Shown: positions 28,426 to 40,400, numbered from the stretch's first letter. The stretch: DNA of 62,430 nucleotides from an uncultured Bacteroidota bacterium (GCA_903836265.1 CAILQK010000258.1:1-62430), one strand, 5' to 3'. Notes: generated by a model not told the origin, from the sequence alone. Translations and numbers: made by a program.

Positions 28426-28737
28426 TCAGTTGACAGAGAAAGCCGGCAGATTGACCCGGGAACTGCTGTACAGGGACAAGGCGCTGATTCTGACGCTCAT
28501 GTAACGAGTGAGCGGAAGCTGATACACCATATCCAGCAGTTCTGCCTCCGTATCGGCGCAGAAAACGACCCACAGTTTTGAGTCCTGCAGCGACAGGGAA
28601 TAATTCAGCACTTTCCCTTCACCGATGAGGCGATTGACCAGGTTGCGCTGTGACGGAATTTTCTGGATAAAATCTTCTGACAATTCTGATGGGAGGGTAA
28701 AGTCCACCATATATTGCAAAGGGCCGTTGTTCTCCAT
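28426..28737 (-). CDS. muconolactone delta-isomerase-like small protein
   Basis: YMVDFTLP...IP.QR..VN.L...G....YSLS....KLW....LPL pattern of the Bacteroidota MIase-like family. Confidence 0.7.
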   Translation of the reverse strand: MENNGPLQYMVDFTLPSELSEDFIQKIPSQRNLVNRLIGEGKVLNYSLSLQDSKLWVVFCADTEAELLDMVYQLPLTRYMSVRISALSLYSSSRVNLPAFSVN

Positions 28738-28878
28738 TCAGTTACAAGATTGTTTTGAGCCCCCGGCAAGGGGCAGTTTTTCAAAAGTTTCAGGACAGTT
28801 ACTGCAAATATTATTCCAAAAACGCCCTGGCAGGGTTAATTTATTATGCCTTGGTGAGAAGAATGAAACCGGGCCTGA

Positions 28879-30105
28879 TCAATGAGCCGTGATACCCAGG
28901 GCTTTCAGTGTTTCGAGATCAAGGTTACCGACAGGCAATCCCTTGTCTTTCTGAAACTTTGCCAGTGCTGCTTTGGTGCGTTCTCCCATGACGTTGTCCG
29001 GGGTTCCCTGAAAATACCCTGCCTTGAGCAGGGCAGTCTGCACCTGTTTTATGGTATAGGCTGGCATTCTGTCAGGACAAAGCACCTCTCGCCATGCCGT
29101 GAAACCGCCGGGCCTGACAAGTTTTCGTCTGGTAACCGTGATATATTCGGCCGGAACCTCTTCCGATTTCAGAGATGCTTCCTTTTTGACAGATTTGACA
29201 GTGAACGGCGCTGTTTCAGCCGGCACGGTTTCTTCCCTGACAGTGGGGGGCGAGACCATAACCTGTTTTTTCACGGTCACATACTCGGGTGCTACTGTTG
29301 CATCGGCTGCAGCCACTTCTGTTTTGGCGCGCCGGATTGTCATGGGTCTGTACTCCGCAGGGATTCTTTCTTCCCTGACATAGGTATCCTTCACGAGTTT
29401 TTTTACGGTTCTGGTGGCCGTTTTTGCGGGGACATCAACCGTTTTGATACAGCCGGCATCTGCGACACCCGATCCGTCGCATCCCTTGTTGACGCGTTTG
29501 GTGATGGTGGCATACTCTGCGGGGGTTTCAACCATACACCATACGTAACAGTCATCGGGATTGGCTCCGAGGCAGGTAGCGTCGGCGAGTTTTTTTACCC
29601 ACTTTACGCCGGCAGGCTTCACCTCCACCCGTTCTGTAACTGATTCATAGGCAGGTTGCAGCACCTCCAGTCGGGTATGTGCTGCCTCCGTAACATAAGA
29701 AACAATGGTATCCCTGTAAGTGGCCGGCACTACTACAAACCGGATTTCCTCCGGCTTCACCAGGATATTTTCAGTCACGGTTTCGTAAACAGAATTGCTT
29801 TTGCCCGGCGACTTCACCATTACCCTGTCCTCCACCACTTCATATCTGGCAGGCTCGGCAACCAATCGCCGACCTGCGGGTTTTACCTCCAGCTGTTCAA
29901 CGCCGGATACCAGTTCGGCGGGAACAGCCGCAAGACGCCTGTATCCGGCTCTGACAAGTACCTGATCCGTTACGTTCTCAAACTGGTCGGGCATCAGGCA
30001 CATGGCATAACATTTTCCGGGCGTGGCATTCGGAGGCGAGTCCTGGGCCATCAGTGAAGTGCCAGACAGGGCCAGGGTGGCGATAAAGAGAAGTAAAGAC
30101 TTCAT
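28879..30105 (-). CDS. secreted repeat protein with C-terminal peptidoglycan-binding domain
   Basis: Signal peptide from ATG30105; repeated PA(E/R/T)Y.. units; C-terminal VQTAL.KAGY..G.PDNVMGERTKAAL.KFQK.KGL (PG_binding_1). Confidence 0.85.
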   Translation of the reverse strand: MKSLLLFIATLALSGTSLMAQDSPPNATPGKCYAMCLMPDQFENVTDQVLVRAGYRRLAAVPAELVSGVEQLEVKPAGRRLVAEPARYEVVEDRVMVKSPGKSNSVYETVTENILVKPEEIRFVVVPATYRDTIVSYVTEAAHTRLEVLQPAYESVTERVEVKPAGVKWVKKLADATCLGANPDDCYVWCMVETPAEYATITKRVNKGCDGSGVADAGCIKTVDVPAKTATRTVKKLVKDTYVREERIPAEYRPMTIRRAKTEVAAADATVAPEYVTVKKQVMVSPPTVREETVPAETAPFTVKSVKKEASLKSEEVPAEYITVTRRKLVRPGGFTAWREVLCPDRMPAYTIKQVQTALLKAGYFQGTPDNVMGERTKAALAKFQKDKGLPVGNLDLETLKALGITAH

Positions 30106-30202
30106 AATCAATTTTTTGCGTGGGATGCAGAGATGCAGTATGCGATTACATGAATTACAAAAGTAGGTGTGTCGCCGACAAATTTTTATTATTTTTTCAA
30201 TA

Positions 30203-31411
30203 TCACCTTCCTGTTTTGGGATAACAAATAAAAAACTTCGTAACCAGTTGAGTATAAAGGGGTACATCAGAACATTTATCAACAGGCAATACAGTGCCAT
30301 TTTTAAACAGAATTCTTATCTGATCCCTGCTGTCGTCGTAGGCCCTGTTGCTCTCGGAGCCGGTAATAATCAGGTACCTGGAATCGGCCTTGTCTCCGAA
30401 TTCCCGCGCTGCCATTTCGCGAATTTGCTGTTCATACTCGGGCGGTACAGGTTCGCTGAACCACTCCAGCCTGAACAGCCTTCTGTCAAGAATACCTCCT
30501 GAAAGAAAGGACAGTATGAAATCGTCTGATTCCGACCAGTATTTGACAGCCGCGGTGATGTCATTGTCGTCGAGCCGGAGAAAATGACTCAGAAGCTCAT
30601 CATTTCTGACCTGTTCGCCGGGCTTCCTGTACAGAAACCAGTTAAGGTGCCTCGGCGCTTCGAGTACTTTTCCCTCCAGCGCAAGCGTGCGGGCGCGCCT
30701 GAGGGTATTGATCAGCATGTGTTCGGCGGCAACGCCTGTTTTGTGCAGATAGACCTGCCAGTACATCAGACGGCGGGCTATCAGGAATTTTTCCACACTG
30801 TATATACCCTTCTCCTCCACAACGAGCTGTCCGTCGTGAACATCCAGCATTTTGATAATCCGGTCGTACCCGATAACCCCCTCGCTGACACCCGTGAAAA
30901 AGCTGTCGCGGTTCAGATAGTCCATCCGGTCCATATCCAGTTGCCCTGATACAAGCTGGTGCAGGAACTTTTTCGGGTATTGATCGTTGAATATGGAGAT
31001 AGCCAGTTCAAGTTTGCCGTCAAACTGCTTGTTCAGTTCCTCCATTATCCACAGAGAGATTTGTTCGTGGTGCATTTCCACCAGTGTGTGCTCCAGCGCA
31101 TGTGAAAAGGGACCATGGCCGATATCGTGCAGCAGGATAGCCGCACAGGCTGCTTCGGCCTCCCCGTCTGTAATCGGCACCCCCTTCTGTCGCAGGGTTT
31201 CTATAGACTCCTGCATCAGATGAAGCGCGCCCAGTGCATGATGAAAGCGCGTATGCAGCGCCCCCGGATACACAAACGGAGCCAGTCCGAGTTGTCTGAT
31301 TCTTCTGAGGCGCTGAAACCACGGATGATCAATCAGTGCCAGCAGCAAACCGACCGGAACTGATACAAATCCGTATACAGGATCGTTGAATATCTTCTTT
31401 CTGCCGTTCAT
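30203..31411 (-). CDS. HD-domain phosphohydrolase (dNTPase-like)
   Basis: QRLRRIRQLG, HTRFHHALG, LLHDIGHGPFSH, DMDRMDYL.RD. Confidence 0.92.
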   Translation of the reverse strand: MNGRKKIFNDPVYGFVSVPVGLLLALIDHPWFQRLRRIRQLGLAPFVYPGALHTRFHHALGALHLMQESIETLRQKGVPITDGEAEAACAAILLHDIGHGPFSHALEHTLVEMHHEQISLWIMEELNKQFDGKLELAISIFNDQYPKKFLHQLVSGQLDMDRMDYLNRDSFFTGVSEGVIGYDRIIKMLDVHDGQLVVEEKGIYSVEKFLIARRLMYWQVYLHKTGVAAEHMLINTLRRARTLALEGKVLEAPRHLNWFLYRKPGEQVRNDELLSHFLRLDDNDITAAVKYWSESDDFILSFLSGGILDRRLFRLEWFSEPVPPEYEQQIREMAAREFGDKADSRYLIITGSESNRAYDDSRDQIRILFKNGTVLPVDKCSDVPLYTQLVTKFFICYPKTGR

Positions 31412-31521
31412 CTTTTATGCAAAGTTCGGGTTTTTTGTGTGATGTTCAACATAAATGTACCTTGCCATCCGTTCTTGTCGTTTCAACAGGAATAAACAAA
31501 TCATCGCAATACCAAATCAGG

Positions 31522-33084
31522 ATGGAAAAGATCAAAATTCTTTGGGCCGACGACGAGATAGATCTCCTCAAGCCACATATTATTTTCCTGCAGTCGAAGG
31601 GATACGACGTTGTTACTGCTTCTAACGGACACGATGCCGTCGAAATTTACGGGGAACAATCCGGCGATATTGATGTGGTATTTCTGGACGAAAGTATGCC
31701 AGGACTCACAGGGCTTGAAGTACTGCCCCGCATCAAGGAGAAAAACCCCTCTGTACCGGTGGTTCTCATCACAAAAAACGAGGCTGAACATGTCATGGAA
31801 GACGCCATAGGATCGCAGATTTCCGACTACCTCATCAAACCGGTCAACCCGAACCAGATTCTGCTGACGCTCAAAAAGCTGATTGACAACAAACGGCTTG
31901 TGAGCGAGCGAACTGCCATGGATTACCAGCAGGAGTTCAGGCAGATCTTCATGCAGATTACATCCGGCCTCGACCACAACGAATGGGTGGATGCCTACCG
32001 GAAAATTGTAAACTGGGAACTGCGCGTGGATGCCAATCAGGCCAGCGGAGTAAGCGAAATTCTCTCCCAGCAGAAGGAACAGGCCAATACAGAGTTTGCA
32101 AAATACGTCAACACCAACTATTTCGACTGGGTTGACCGGAACAAGGAGGTGGGGCCAGTTATGTCGCACTCCATGATGCGCAAACATATTTTCCCTTACG
32201 TGAGCAACGGGACACCCACGATTGTACTGCTGCTCGACAACCTGCGTTACGACCAGTGGAAAACTATTGAGCCGATTCTCAACGAACTTTTCAGGACCGA
32301 AAATGAAGGGTACTTCTTCAGTATTCTTCCAACAGCCACTCAATACAGCCGGAACGCAATTTTCGCCGGTATGATGCCGGCAGATATTGAAAAAAACTTC
32401 CCCGACAAATGGAAAAATGACTCTGAAGACGGCGGCAAAAATCTTTTTGAAGATTTCTTCCTCGGGAAACAAATTGAGCGCGATTTCCGGAAACCTGTCA
32501 AATGGGACTACGCCAAAGTCACCAATGTGAGCCACGGCAAAGACCTGAACGACAATATTCTGCACTATCTGAACAACGATCTGACGGTTATCGTCTATAA
32601 TTTCATTGATATGCTCTCGCACGCCCGCACCGAGATGGAGGTACTCAAGGAACTGGCGGGTGACGAACGCGCATACAGGTCGCTGACCCGTTCCTGGTTC
32701 CTTCACAGTCCGCTCTGGACAGCCCTGCAGCGCCTCGAAGGCCGTGATGTTCAATTGTTTGTGACAACCGACCACGGAACCATTCGTGTTCAGAGGCCCT
32801 CCAAAGTGGTTGGTGACCGCGAAACGACCACCAACCTCCGGTACAAGGTGGGACGCAATCTTCAGTATGAAAACCGTGATGTACTGGTTATCAAAGATCC
32901 GCACAAGGCAGGATTACCAAGGCCGAATATCAGCAGCTCCTTTATCTTTGCGAAGGAAGATTACTTCTTCCTGTACCCGAACAACTACAATCACTTTTAC
33001 AACTATTACCGCAACACCTTCCAGCACGGGGGTATTTCTCTGGAAGAAATGATTTGCCCTGTCGTGCGCCTAAGAAGCAAGTAA
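31522..33084 (+). CDS. porX: PorX response regulator (receiver plus PglZ/alkaline-phosphatase-like domain)
   Basis: ILWADDE and FLDESMPG receiver; DNLRYDQW, LPTATQYSRNAIF, TTDHG, FQHGGISLEEM. Confidence 0.92.
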   Translation: MEKIKILWADDEIDLLKPHIIFLQSKGYDVVTASNGHDAVEIYGEQSGDIDVVFLDESMPGLTGLEVLPRIKEKNPSVPVVLITKNEAEHVMEDAIGSQISDYLIKPVNPNQILLTLKKLIDNKRLVSERTAMDYQQEFRQIFMQITSGLDHNEWVDAYRKIVNWELRVDANQASGVSEILSQQKEQANTEFAKYVNTNYFDWVDRNKEVGPVMSHSMMRKHIFPYVSNGTPTIVLLLDNLRYDQWKTIEPILNELFRTENEGYFFSILPTATQYSRNAIFAGMMPADIEKNFPDKWKNDSEDGGKNLFEDFFLGKQIERDFRKPVKWDYAKVTNVSHGKDLNDNILHYLNNDLTVIVYNFIDMLSHARTEMEVLKELAGDERAYRSLTRSWFLHSPLWTALQRLEGRDVQLFVTTDHGTIRVQRPSKVVGDRETTTNLRYKVGRNLQYENRDVLVIKDPHKAGLPRPNISSSFIFAKEDYFFLYPNNYNHFYNYYRNTFQHGGISLEEMICPVVRLRSK

Positions 33085-33090
33085 CACGCC

Positions 33091-35586
33091 ATGCTCAGAA
33101 TTGCTGTACTGTTTTTCCTTGTCCCTTTCTTCGCCCGGGCGCAGAAACCGGCAAAACCCAACTCCGCCGACCTGCATATCGCTGTCAAAAAGCTCAATGT
33201 CCTCGGATCTGTCCTGTATGTGGCAGCCCACCCCGACGATGAAAACACCCGAATGATCAGTTATCTTCGGAACGAGAAACTGTATGATGTGACCTACCTC
33301 TCTCTGACCCGCGGCGATGGCGGTCAGAACCTGATCGGAACCGAAATCAGGGAGCTGCTGGGAGTTCTGCGTACGCAGGAACTCCTTATGGCCCGCTCCG
33401 TTGACGGCGGCAGTCAGTTGTTCAGCCGCGCCAATGATTTCGGCTACTCGAAGAGCCCGGAAGAAACACTCAGGTTCTGGAACAGGGATGAGGTACTGGC
33501 AGATGTGGTATGGGCCTACCGAAAGACGCAGCCCGACGTGGTTATCAACCGGTTCAACCACGACAAAAAATATGACACGCACGGGCACCACACGGCATCT
33601 GCCATGCTCTCAGTGGAAGCATTTGATCTGGCCGGAAAAGCAGATGCCTATCCGGAACAGCTGAAATTTGTTTCACCCTGGCAGGCCCGCCGTCAGTTCT
33701 TCAACACTTCCTGGTGGTTCTATGGCAGTCAGGAGGCATTCCAGAAGGCCGACAAAAGCAGCCTGTGGCCCGTTGATATGGGCGTGTGGCTCCCACTTAA
33801 AGGAAAAAGCAACGGCGAAATTGCAGCTGAAAGCCGCTCCATGCACCGCTGTCAGGGATTCGGCATGCTCAGTAACCGCGGCTCGGCTATCGAGTACCTC
33901 GACTTCGTAAAAGGTGACAGACCCGGCAATACGGATATTTTCGATGGCGTCAATACCACCTGGTCGAGGGTAAAAGGCGGAGAACCGATTGGAGCCCTGC
34001 TCGCCGAAATTGACAAAAAATACCGGCCCGAAAATCCGGCGGCATCCGTACCCGACTTGCTCAGGGCAATGGAAATGATCAGCGCACTGCCAGAAGGCAT
34101 CTGGCGCACCAGGAAACTGGAAGAAATCAGGTCGGTTATTCAGGGCTGCCTTGGGCTCTACCTGGAAGCAACTGCCTCTGAACCGGTTGTAGCGCCCGGC
34201 GACAAAGTCAAAATCCGTTTTGAATGTATAGCACGTGCCAGCGGCGCCGAAGTGGTGCTCACACGCGTGAATCTCGGCCCCGGACTCCTCGATACGCTCC
34301 CGACGGCAAGCCTCCAGACCAATGTCGGCTGGATTCTCGAAAAATCGGTGAGAATTCCGGACAATGCGGCTATCACTGCTCCTTACTGGCTGCTTCGCCC
34401 CTCTACCACCGGCATGTACGATGTGCCGGAACAGTCGCTGCGCGGGATCCCCGAAACACCCCGCTATGCTTCTGTTGAGTGGACGGTAAGTATTAATGGC
34501 GTGCCGATGAAATTCAAAACAGATGTGGCATGGAAAACCGGAGAGCCGTCTGTCGGCGAGGTTTGGCGCCCGTTTGAAGTACTCCCGCCCGTATTTGTTG
34601 AATTTACAGAACCATCCTACATACTTTATCAGAAGGAACGCGAAGTCAGCGTGCGCGTGCGCGCGGGCAGGGATGGTTTAAAAGGCACCATTAATATAGC
34701 AGCTCCCGGGAAAGGCTGGAGCGTACGCCCGGCTGGTTCAGCGGGCAACAGCTTTGAATTCGGTAAACGCGGTCAGGAGAAAACTTTCACTTTCATTGTA
34801 TCGGCAGGAGAGGGCGATGCAATCCTAACCGCCCGGGCAGAGGTGGATGGGAGTATTCTCTCCAACAAACTTGTAACTATCAAATACGACCATATACCGC
34901 AGCAAAGTGTGCTGTTGCCGGCAACTGCACATGCTTCCCGGCTGAATCTGAAGGTTACCGCCAAAAACGTGGGATACTACATGGGCGCCGGTGATGACGT
35001 GCCCGCATCGCTCCGCCAGATGGGCTGCAGTGTAACTCTGCTCAACGATACCGATCTGGAACCCGAAACTCTGAAAAAATTCGATGCTATCGTCATGGGG
35101 GTGCGTGCTTACAACACAAAAGACGGACTGGCTTTTCACCAGCAGGCGCTGTTCGATTATGTAAAAGAGGGCGGCACCCTGATTGTTCAGTACAATACCA
35201 ATTTTGAATTCGTGGTGGATGCAGCAAATCTCGCACCCTATCCGATCAAGATTTCACGCGGACGCGTGACCGACGAGACCAGCGAAGTTCGCATGATTGC
35301 ACCGGAACATCCCGCGCTTAATACCCCCAATAAAATTACCGCAGAAGACTTCAGCGGCTGGGTACAGGAGCGCGGCCTTTATTTCCCTTCGGAATGGGAT
35401 GCCAGTTTCACGGCGCCACTCTCCATGAACGATCCCGGAGAAAAACCGGCTGACGGGTCGCTGCTGGTGGCATCCTGGGGCAAAGGGCACTACGTATATA
35501 CCGGGCTGTCGTTCTTTCGCGAATTGCCGGCCGGTGTACCCGGAGCATACAGATTGTTCGCAAATCTGTTGTCACTGAGCAAATAA
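33091..35586 (+). CDS. PIG-L/LmbE family deacetylase with C-terminal GATase-like domain
   Basis: AAHPDDE, TRGDGGQN, HGHH; signal peptide. Confidence 0.9.
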   Translation: MLRIAVLFFLVPFFARAQKPAKPNSADLHIAVKKLNVLGSVLYVAAHPDDENTRMISYLRNEKLYDVTYLSLTRGDGGQNLIGTEIRELLGVLRTQELLMARSVDGGSQLFSRANDFGYSKSPEETLRFWNRDEVLADVVWAYRKTQPDVVINRFNHDKKYDTHGHHTASAMLSVEAFDLAGKADAYPEQLKFVSPWQARRQFFNTSWWFYGSQEAFQKADKSSLWPVDMGVWLPLKGKSNGEIAAESRSMHRCQGFGMLSNRGSAIEYLDFVKGDRPGNTDIFDGVNTTWSRVKGGEPIGALLAEIDKKYRPENPAASVPDLLRAMEMISALPEGIWRTRKLEEIRSVIQGCLGLYLEATASEPVVAPGDKVKIRFECIARASGAEVVLTRVNLGPGLLDTLPTASLQTNVGWILEKSVRIPDNAAITAPYWLLRPSTTGMYDVPEQSLRGIPETPRYASVEWTVSINGVPMKFKTDVAWKTGEPSVGEVWRPFEVLPPVFVEFTEPSYILYQKEREVSVRVRAGRDGLKGTINIAAPGKGWSVRPAGSAGNSFEFGKRGQEKTFTFIVSAGEGDAILTARAEVDGSILSNKLVTIKYDHIPQQSVLLPATAHASRLNLKVTAKNVGYYMGAGDDVPASLRQMGCSVTLLNDTDLEPETLKKFDAIVMGVRAYNTKDGLAFHQQALFDYVKEGGTLIVQYNTNFEFVVDAANLAPYPIKISRGRVTDETSEVRMIAPEHPALNTPNKITAEDFSGWVQERGLYFPSEWDASFTAPLSMNDPGEKPADGSLLVASWGKGHYVYTGLSFFRELPAGVPGAYRLFANLLSLSK

Positions 35587-35661
35587 CCGGACAGTAGCCG
35601 CAAAAACCTGTTCCTTTGCGTTTCCATTTCGCAAGACAAGGAAACTGAAGACCGTCAGAGT

Positions 35662-37476
35662 ATGCCCAAACGTGCGATAACAATATTTGTCATGCTGCTC
35701 GCAACAGCCTGCACCCTGCGTGCCCAGTCGCCCGCGCCTGCCGCGCAGGATACGCAGAAACTGAAAATTGAAACAGCACTGCTGATTGAAAACTTCAGGA
35801 AGGGCGATCGGGAAATGCAAAAACTGAGCGGCAATGTGCGGCTTCGCCAGGAAGACATACTGATCCACTGCGATTCGGCTATTATGAACGGCGACCACGC
35901 CATCCTGAAGGGCGGAGTGGTTATAGAACAGGGCGATACCGTCAAAATATTCTCGGACTCCACCCATTACAGGGCCGATACAAAGCAGGCTGACCTGTTG
36001 GGAAATGTAGTGCTCGAGAATGGTGTACAGCAACTGTTTACCAGTAAAATGCACTATGATGCCGCCCGGAAAATTGCAGATTATCAGAACGGCGCCACCA
36101 TGTCGAACGGCCAGAGCCGGCTGAAAAGCAGGCGCGGATACTACCACGTTAACGAAAAAGAGATTTTCCTACAGGGAGATGTGCTGGCAACAGACCCCGA
36201 CTTCACCATGCGCACCGACACGATGACTTTCAATACGGAAGCGCAGATGGTGCGGTTTGTTGCTCCAACCCTGGTGAGCCAGCGCAACAGCAAGGTATAT
36301 ACCGAAGGCGGATTCTACGATATCCAGAATGATTTTGCCTCTTTTGACAAAAGTCCTCAGTTTATCAGGGACGGTGAGCGGGGGTATGCCCGAAAAATGC
36401 GCTATAACGGTACCCGGAAAGAATATACGCTGGAGGGCAGCGCACATGTGGAAAATGATAAAAAAGGCGAGATAACCGACGCCGAAGTCATCATCTACTT
36501 CGAGGAATCGGAAACCATGCGTCTCAAGGGTGATGCGCATTTCCGCGACAGTACCCGCGACATCCGGGGCGAGGACATCAGTTATGACAGTCGCAACAGG
36601 AATTACCAGATCTCGGGCAGGGGCCGCGTGATTGACGGAGACAATATTATTAATGCAGATTCTATCTATTACAATGATGCACTCGGAAACGGACTGGCCA
36701 CAGGAAGGGTGGAATGGGTGGATACGGCAGGCCAGTTCTCCGTGCTGACGCACCGGATGGTTTACAACAAAAAATCTGACTACCTGTATGCACAGGGCAG
36801 CTACGACGGCGGAGAGTCGGGACGCCCCCTGATGAAATCTGTGATAGACGGCGACACCCTGTACATGAGTGCCGAACGGCTCACCTCATTCAAACCGGAC
36901 TCTGTTGGTGAAGAACGCCGGCTGCTCGCCTACCGGGATGTTCGCGTATATAAAAGTGACCTGCAGGCCTCATCCGACTCTCTTTCCTTCAGCACCCGCG
37001 ACTCCATTTTCTGGTTCTATAAAATTGACCAGACACCGGTCATCTGGTCAGATACTTCACAATTTTCCGGAGATACTATCGGAATGCTGTTGAAAAATAA
37101 AAAAATGGACCGGATATGGCTGCGTCAGAATTCGCTGGTGATCAATTCCGAAGATGAAATTCTGTTTAACCAGATCAAGGGGAAACACACCACCGCCTAT
37201 TTCAGGGAGAATGAGGTACGCGACATGTACGTGGAAGGGAACGGGCAAGCCGTGTATTATGCGCTCGACGACAAGGGGGCCTATATCGGGCTTTATGAAA
37301 CTACCTGTTCCGAGATGCGTCTGTCTTTCGGCAACAACAAGGTGGAACATGTCAGATTTTATGTGGAACCCACCGGAAAATTCATTCCCATGCGCAAGGC
37401 TGGAAAAGAGACCAAAAAACTGGAGGGCTTCTTCTGGGAAACCGGAAGAAGACCCCGCAGTTTGTCTGACTTGTAG
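35662..37476 (+). CDS. OstA-like (LptA/LptD N-terminal beta-jellyroll) protein
   Basis: Signal peptide; GNV...Q....CDSA; repeated DS/DT..Y beta-strand motifs; DTLYMSAE.L. Confidence 0.8.
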   Translation: MPKRAITIFVMLLATACTLRAQSPAPAAQDTQKLKIETALLIENFRKGDREMQKLSGNVRLRQEDILIHCDSAIMNGDHAILKGGVVIEQGDTVKIFSDSTHYRADTKQADLLGNVVLENGVQQLFTSKMHYDAARKIADYQNGATMSNGQSRLKSRRGYYHVNEKEIFLQGDVLATDPDFTMRTDTMTFNTEAQMVRFVAPTLVSQRNSKVYTEGGFYDIQNDFASFDKSPQFIRDGERGYARKMRYNGTRKEYTLEGSAHVENDKKGEITDAEVIIYFEESETMRLKGDAHFRDSTRDIRGEDISYDSRNRNYQISGRGRVIDGDNIINADSIYYNDALGNGLATGRVEWVDTAGQFSVLTHRMVYNKKSDYLYAQGSYDGGESGRPLMKSVIDGDTLYMSAERLTSFKPDSVGEERRLLAYRDVRVYKSDLQASSDSLSFSTRDSIFWFYKIDQTPVIWSDTSQFSGDTIGMLLKNKKMDRIWLRQNSLVINSEDEILFNQIKGKHTTAYFRENEVRDMYVEGNGQAVYYALDDKGAYIGLYETTCSEMRLSFGNNKVEHVRFYVEPTGKFIPMRKAGKETKKLEGFFWETGRRPRSLSDL

Positions 37477-37479
37477 CTT

Positions 37480-40400
37480 TTACTGTACCTCCACCCATTT
37501 CCCCGGCACACTGGCCCGAATCCTGTTGTCGTACATGGCAGCACAGGAAACCGGGGCCAGGTAGTATCTGCCGGAATAGGCAGCATTGAGCAATACCCTG
37601 TACACCTTCGGACGCTGATTGTCCGAATCGCCACCGCGGAATGGCAGATCAAAATAGGTCATCACGCGGTCATCACGTATATCCTGATACTCGGGGGTTG
37701 AGGTGCCCGGGGTCGAATCACCCGCTGGATTCATCCGGGTATTCACAATTTCCCATCCGGAAGGGAACACCTGCACAAGCGCCATCTCGTTGAAATCAAA
37801 GAGCAGGTCGGCAGAGCGCCTCACCGTAACTTCGGCTACAAAATCTGTTCCCTGTGCAATCTTTGACGGATCAATTTCCGCACCTGCCATATTGGTATAT
37901 CGCACGTTGAGTGCTACATTTGATGCCTCCGTCTGGCTGCTGCCCGTTGCTGTACGACCGCTGTACACTGTACGCACGTAAAGTTTTTTCCCGGAAGTAT
38001 TTCTGACAGTTACAGCACCCGACTCGCCGGTGATATTGTATATATAATATGGTGTACCGGAGGCCACCGGAATATCCCGGGCGCCTGCCTTCAGGGTAAA
38101 TGCCGGTTTTTCATTGAGGGCTCCACCCTGAATAAACCTGGCCAGTGCCCTCAGGCTGGTAGCAACTTCCTGTGTTGAATACCAGGCTGACACATTTCCG
38201 ATCATGGAAGCCACCTGTACTGCCACCTCTGCACCCCGCTGATTATCGCCTGCCACAGTCAGTGTTTCCAGCCTGAGTGCCAGATCGCGAAGACTGGAAC
38301 CATAGGTTTCGCCCCACCAGTCGTAATTGAAAACTTTGGTGGATCTGTCGTTCAGCAGATCCCTGGCCGCCTCTTTTCTCCCGGTAAACGCATAGGCAGC
38401 AGCGAGCAGGTTGGAGGAAGTCTGATATTTGTTCCGTGTTTCCTTCAACCTGTTCATACCCGGCACATCGGGTTTTTGAGCAAGCGCCAGCGTGTATAAT
38501 CTGTATGCCTGAGCCAGTTCCACATCATGCAGACTGCTCTCATCCCGGTTATCGTTGAAAACAGGTTCCCAAAGCCGGGAAGTTTTAGTCTGATAATCAA
38601 GCCATCTGGAGAGGAGCTGATCGGGAACAGAATAGCCTTTGGAACGCGCCTCCAGCAGAAAATGCCCTGCATAGGTACCGGCCCAGTCTGCAGCCTGTGT
38701 TCCTCCGGGCCAGTATGAAAATGCGCCGGAAGGAAGCTGGAACGACTGCAAACGTGTTATTGCAGCTCTGATATTCCGCTCGGTTTCCTGCTTCTGCTGC
38801 ACAGTAAGTGGAGCAATTATATCAACATACAGCTGTGGGAACGCTGCGGAAGTTACCTGCTCGACACATCCGTGCGGGTAAGTAACAAGATAGTCCAGCT
38901 GTTTCGACAGATTCACCGGGGGAACACTGCTGATCTCCAGATTCACACTGGTGATATCCGTCAGATCATCCGGCCTGGCGGGCATAGTCCAGGTCTTGCC
39001 CGGCTCCACCACCTCCTCTGCAATGCGGGTAACAGCAGGATTGGGATTTCTGATTTCCACTTCAATATCGGTGGTAGCCGACTCTCCGCCCCCTTCGGCC
39101 GAGACATTGAAACGGGCCCTGCCGGTTTTCTGGCCCACTTTCAGATTAAAAAAGGCCATTTTATTTCCGGGTTCACTGAACGTCAGGCTGGTGAATCCGG
39201 CTCCTTCCACACTCACCAGTCCGGATTTCTCCCTCACCGAAACAGTGGCATTCTGCACATTTTTTTCCATGGCGAATACATCCACCGGCAGCCTCAGTGT
39301 TTCACCGGGGCCGAGTATACGCGGGAGTGTGGGCAAAATCATGAGTGGCTTCCTGACTGCAACTGTTTTTTCGGCACTGCCATGAGCACCGGCAACTCCG
39401 GCCCTTGCGGGGTCGCACAAAACGGCCATCACCCGCACCGAACCAACATAATTGTCAATTTTAACCCTGTGCCGTGCAACCTGCCCCTTGCCGAGACGGA
39501 ATGGTCCCAGATGTATTACGGCAGGTTTAAACCGGTTCACCGAGGCCGGTTTGGCCTTCACATTGATACCATCGCCCCCGACAGCAAGAATTCTGTCGAG
39601 TTCAATGGCATAGGCGCCGAGCACAAAATCATACACATCCCAGGTTTTCACACCAAGAGCCTCACGGGCGTTGAATGCCTCCCAGGGATCGGGCGTCCTG
39701 AACCGGGTAAGATCGAGCAGCCCTTCATCCACAATATCAATGGTATAAGTACAGTCCTTGCTCCCAAGCTCCCGGAGCGAGACATTAAAGTATTCACCCG
39801 GCCTGACCGTTTCCGGCATATCAATCAGAGCCTGAAGTCGTGAAGACTGATTTTCCACCTGTACAGGTATTACGCCGTACATACGTATCGGCAGATCATT
39901 GACTGTCTGGGCATGTGGTTGCAGCAGGCTCACGTGTGCATACACCGTGGGTGCCATGGAGGCGTCGGCCCTGAAACTGATGAGGTTATCTCCTGCTTTG
40001 GCATCGAACCAGAAGTGCTTCGCTACCCTGCTGCCCGTTTCAAGTGTAAGCAGAATACGGCCCTGTTCGCTGGCCGGCACTTTCAGCGTCACCATTTCAC
40101 CGGAGTTGTATTTTTCCCTGTCTGCAGTGAGCGGGAGCATGGCTGCCGCATTTCTGCTCGCCATGTCGTACTGGTCTTCGGGGTATCCGGTCCAGAAGAA
40201 ATCGCCTCCGGCATGTTCACCCCTGGCATCAGTAACCCGTACCAGATATCTGCCCCAGCCGGCCGGCCGCACCTTCCATGTTGCCTGCCCGCGACTGTTT
40301 GTCACAAGCTGAGCCTGTGCGATGGCGTTATTCATCTCGCCATAATTAAAATTACCCACCCCGCTATTGTCATTTTCGTCCCACCACCAGCGCCAGTCCA

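Noticed and set aside
30106..30300. Apparent overlap of the PG-binding ORF with the HD gene
   Set aside because: True start is likely ATG30105 (signal peptide), which removes the overlap.
31501..32904. 467-aa minus-strand ORF
   Set aside because: Antisense shadow of porX.
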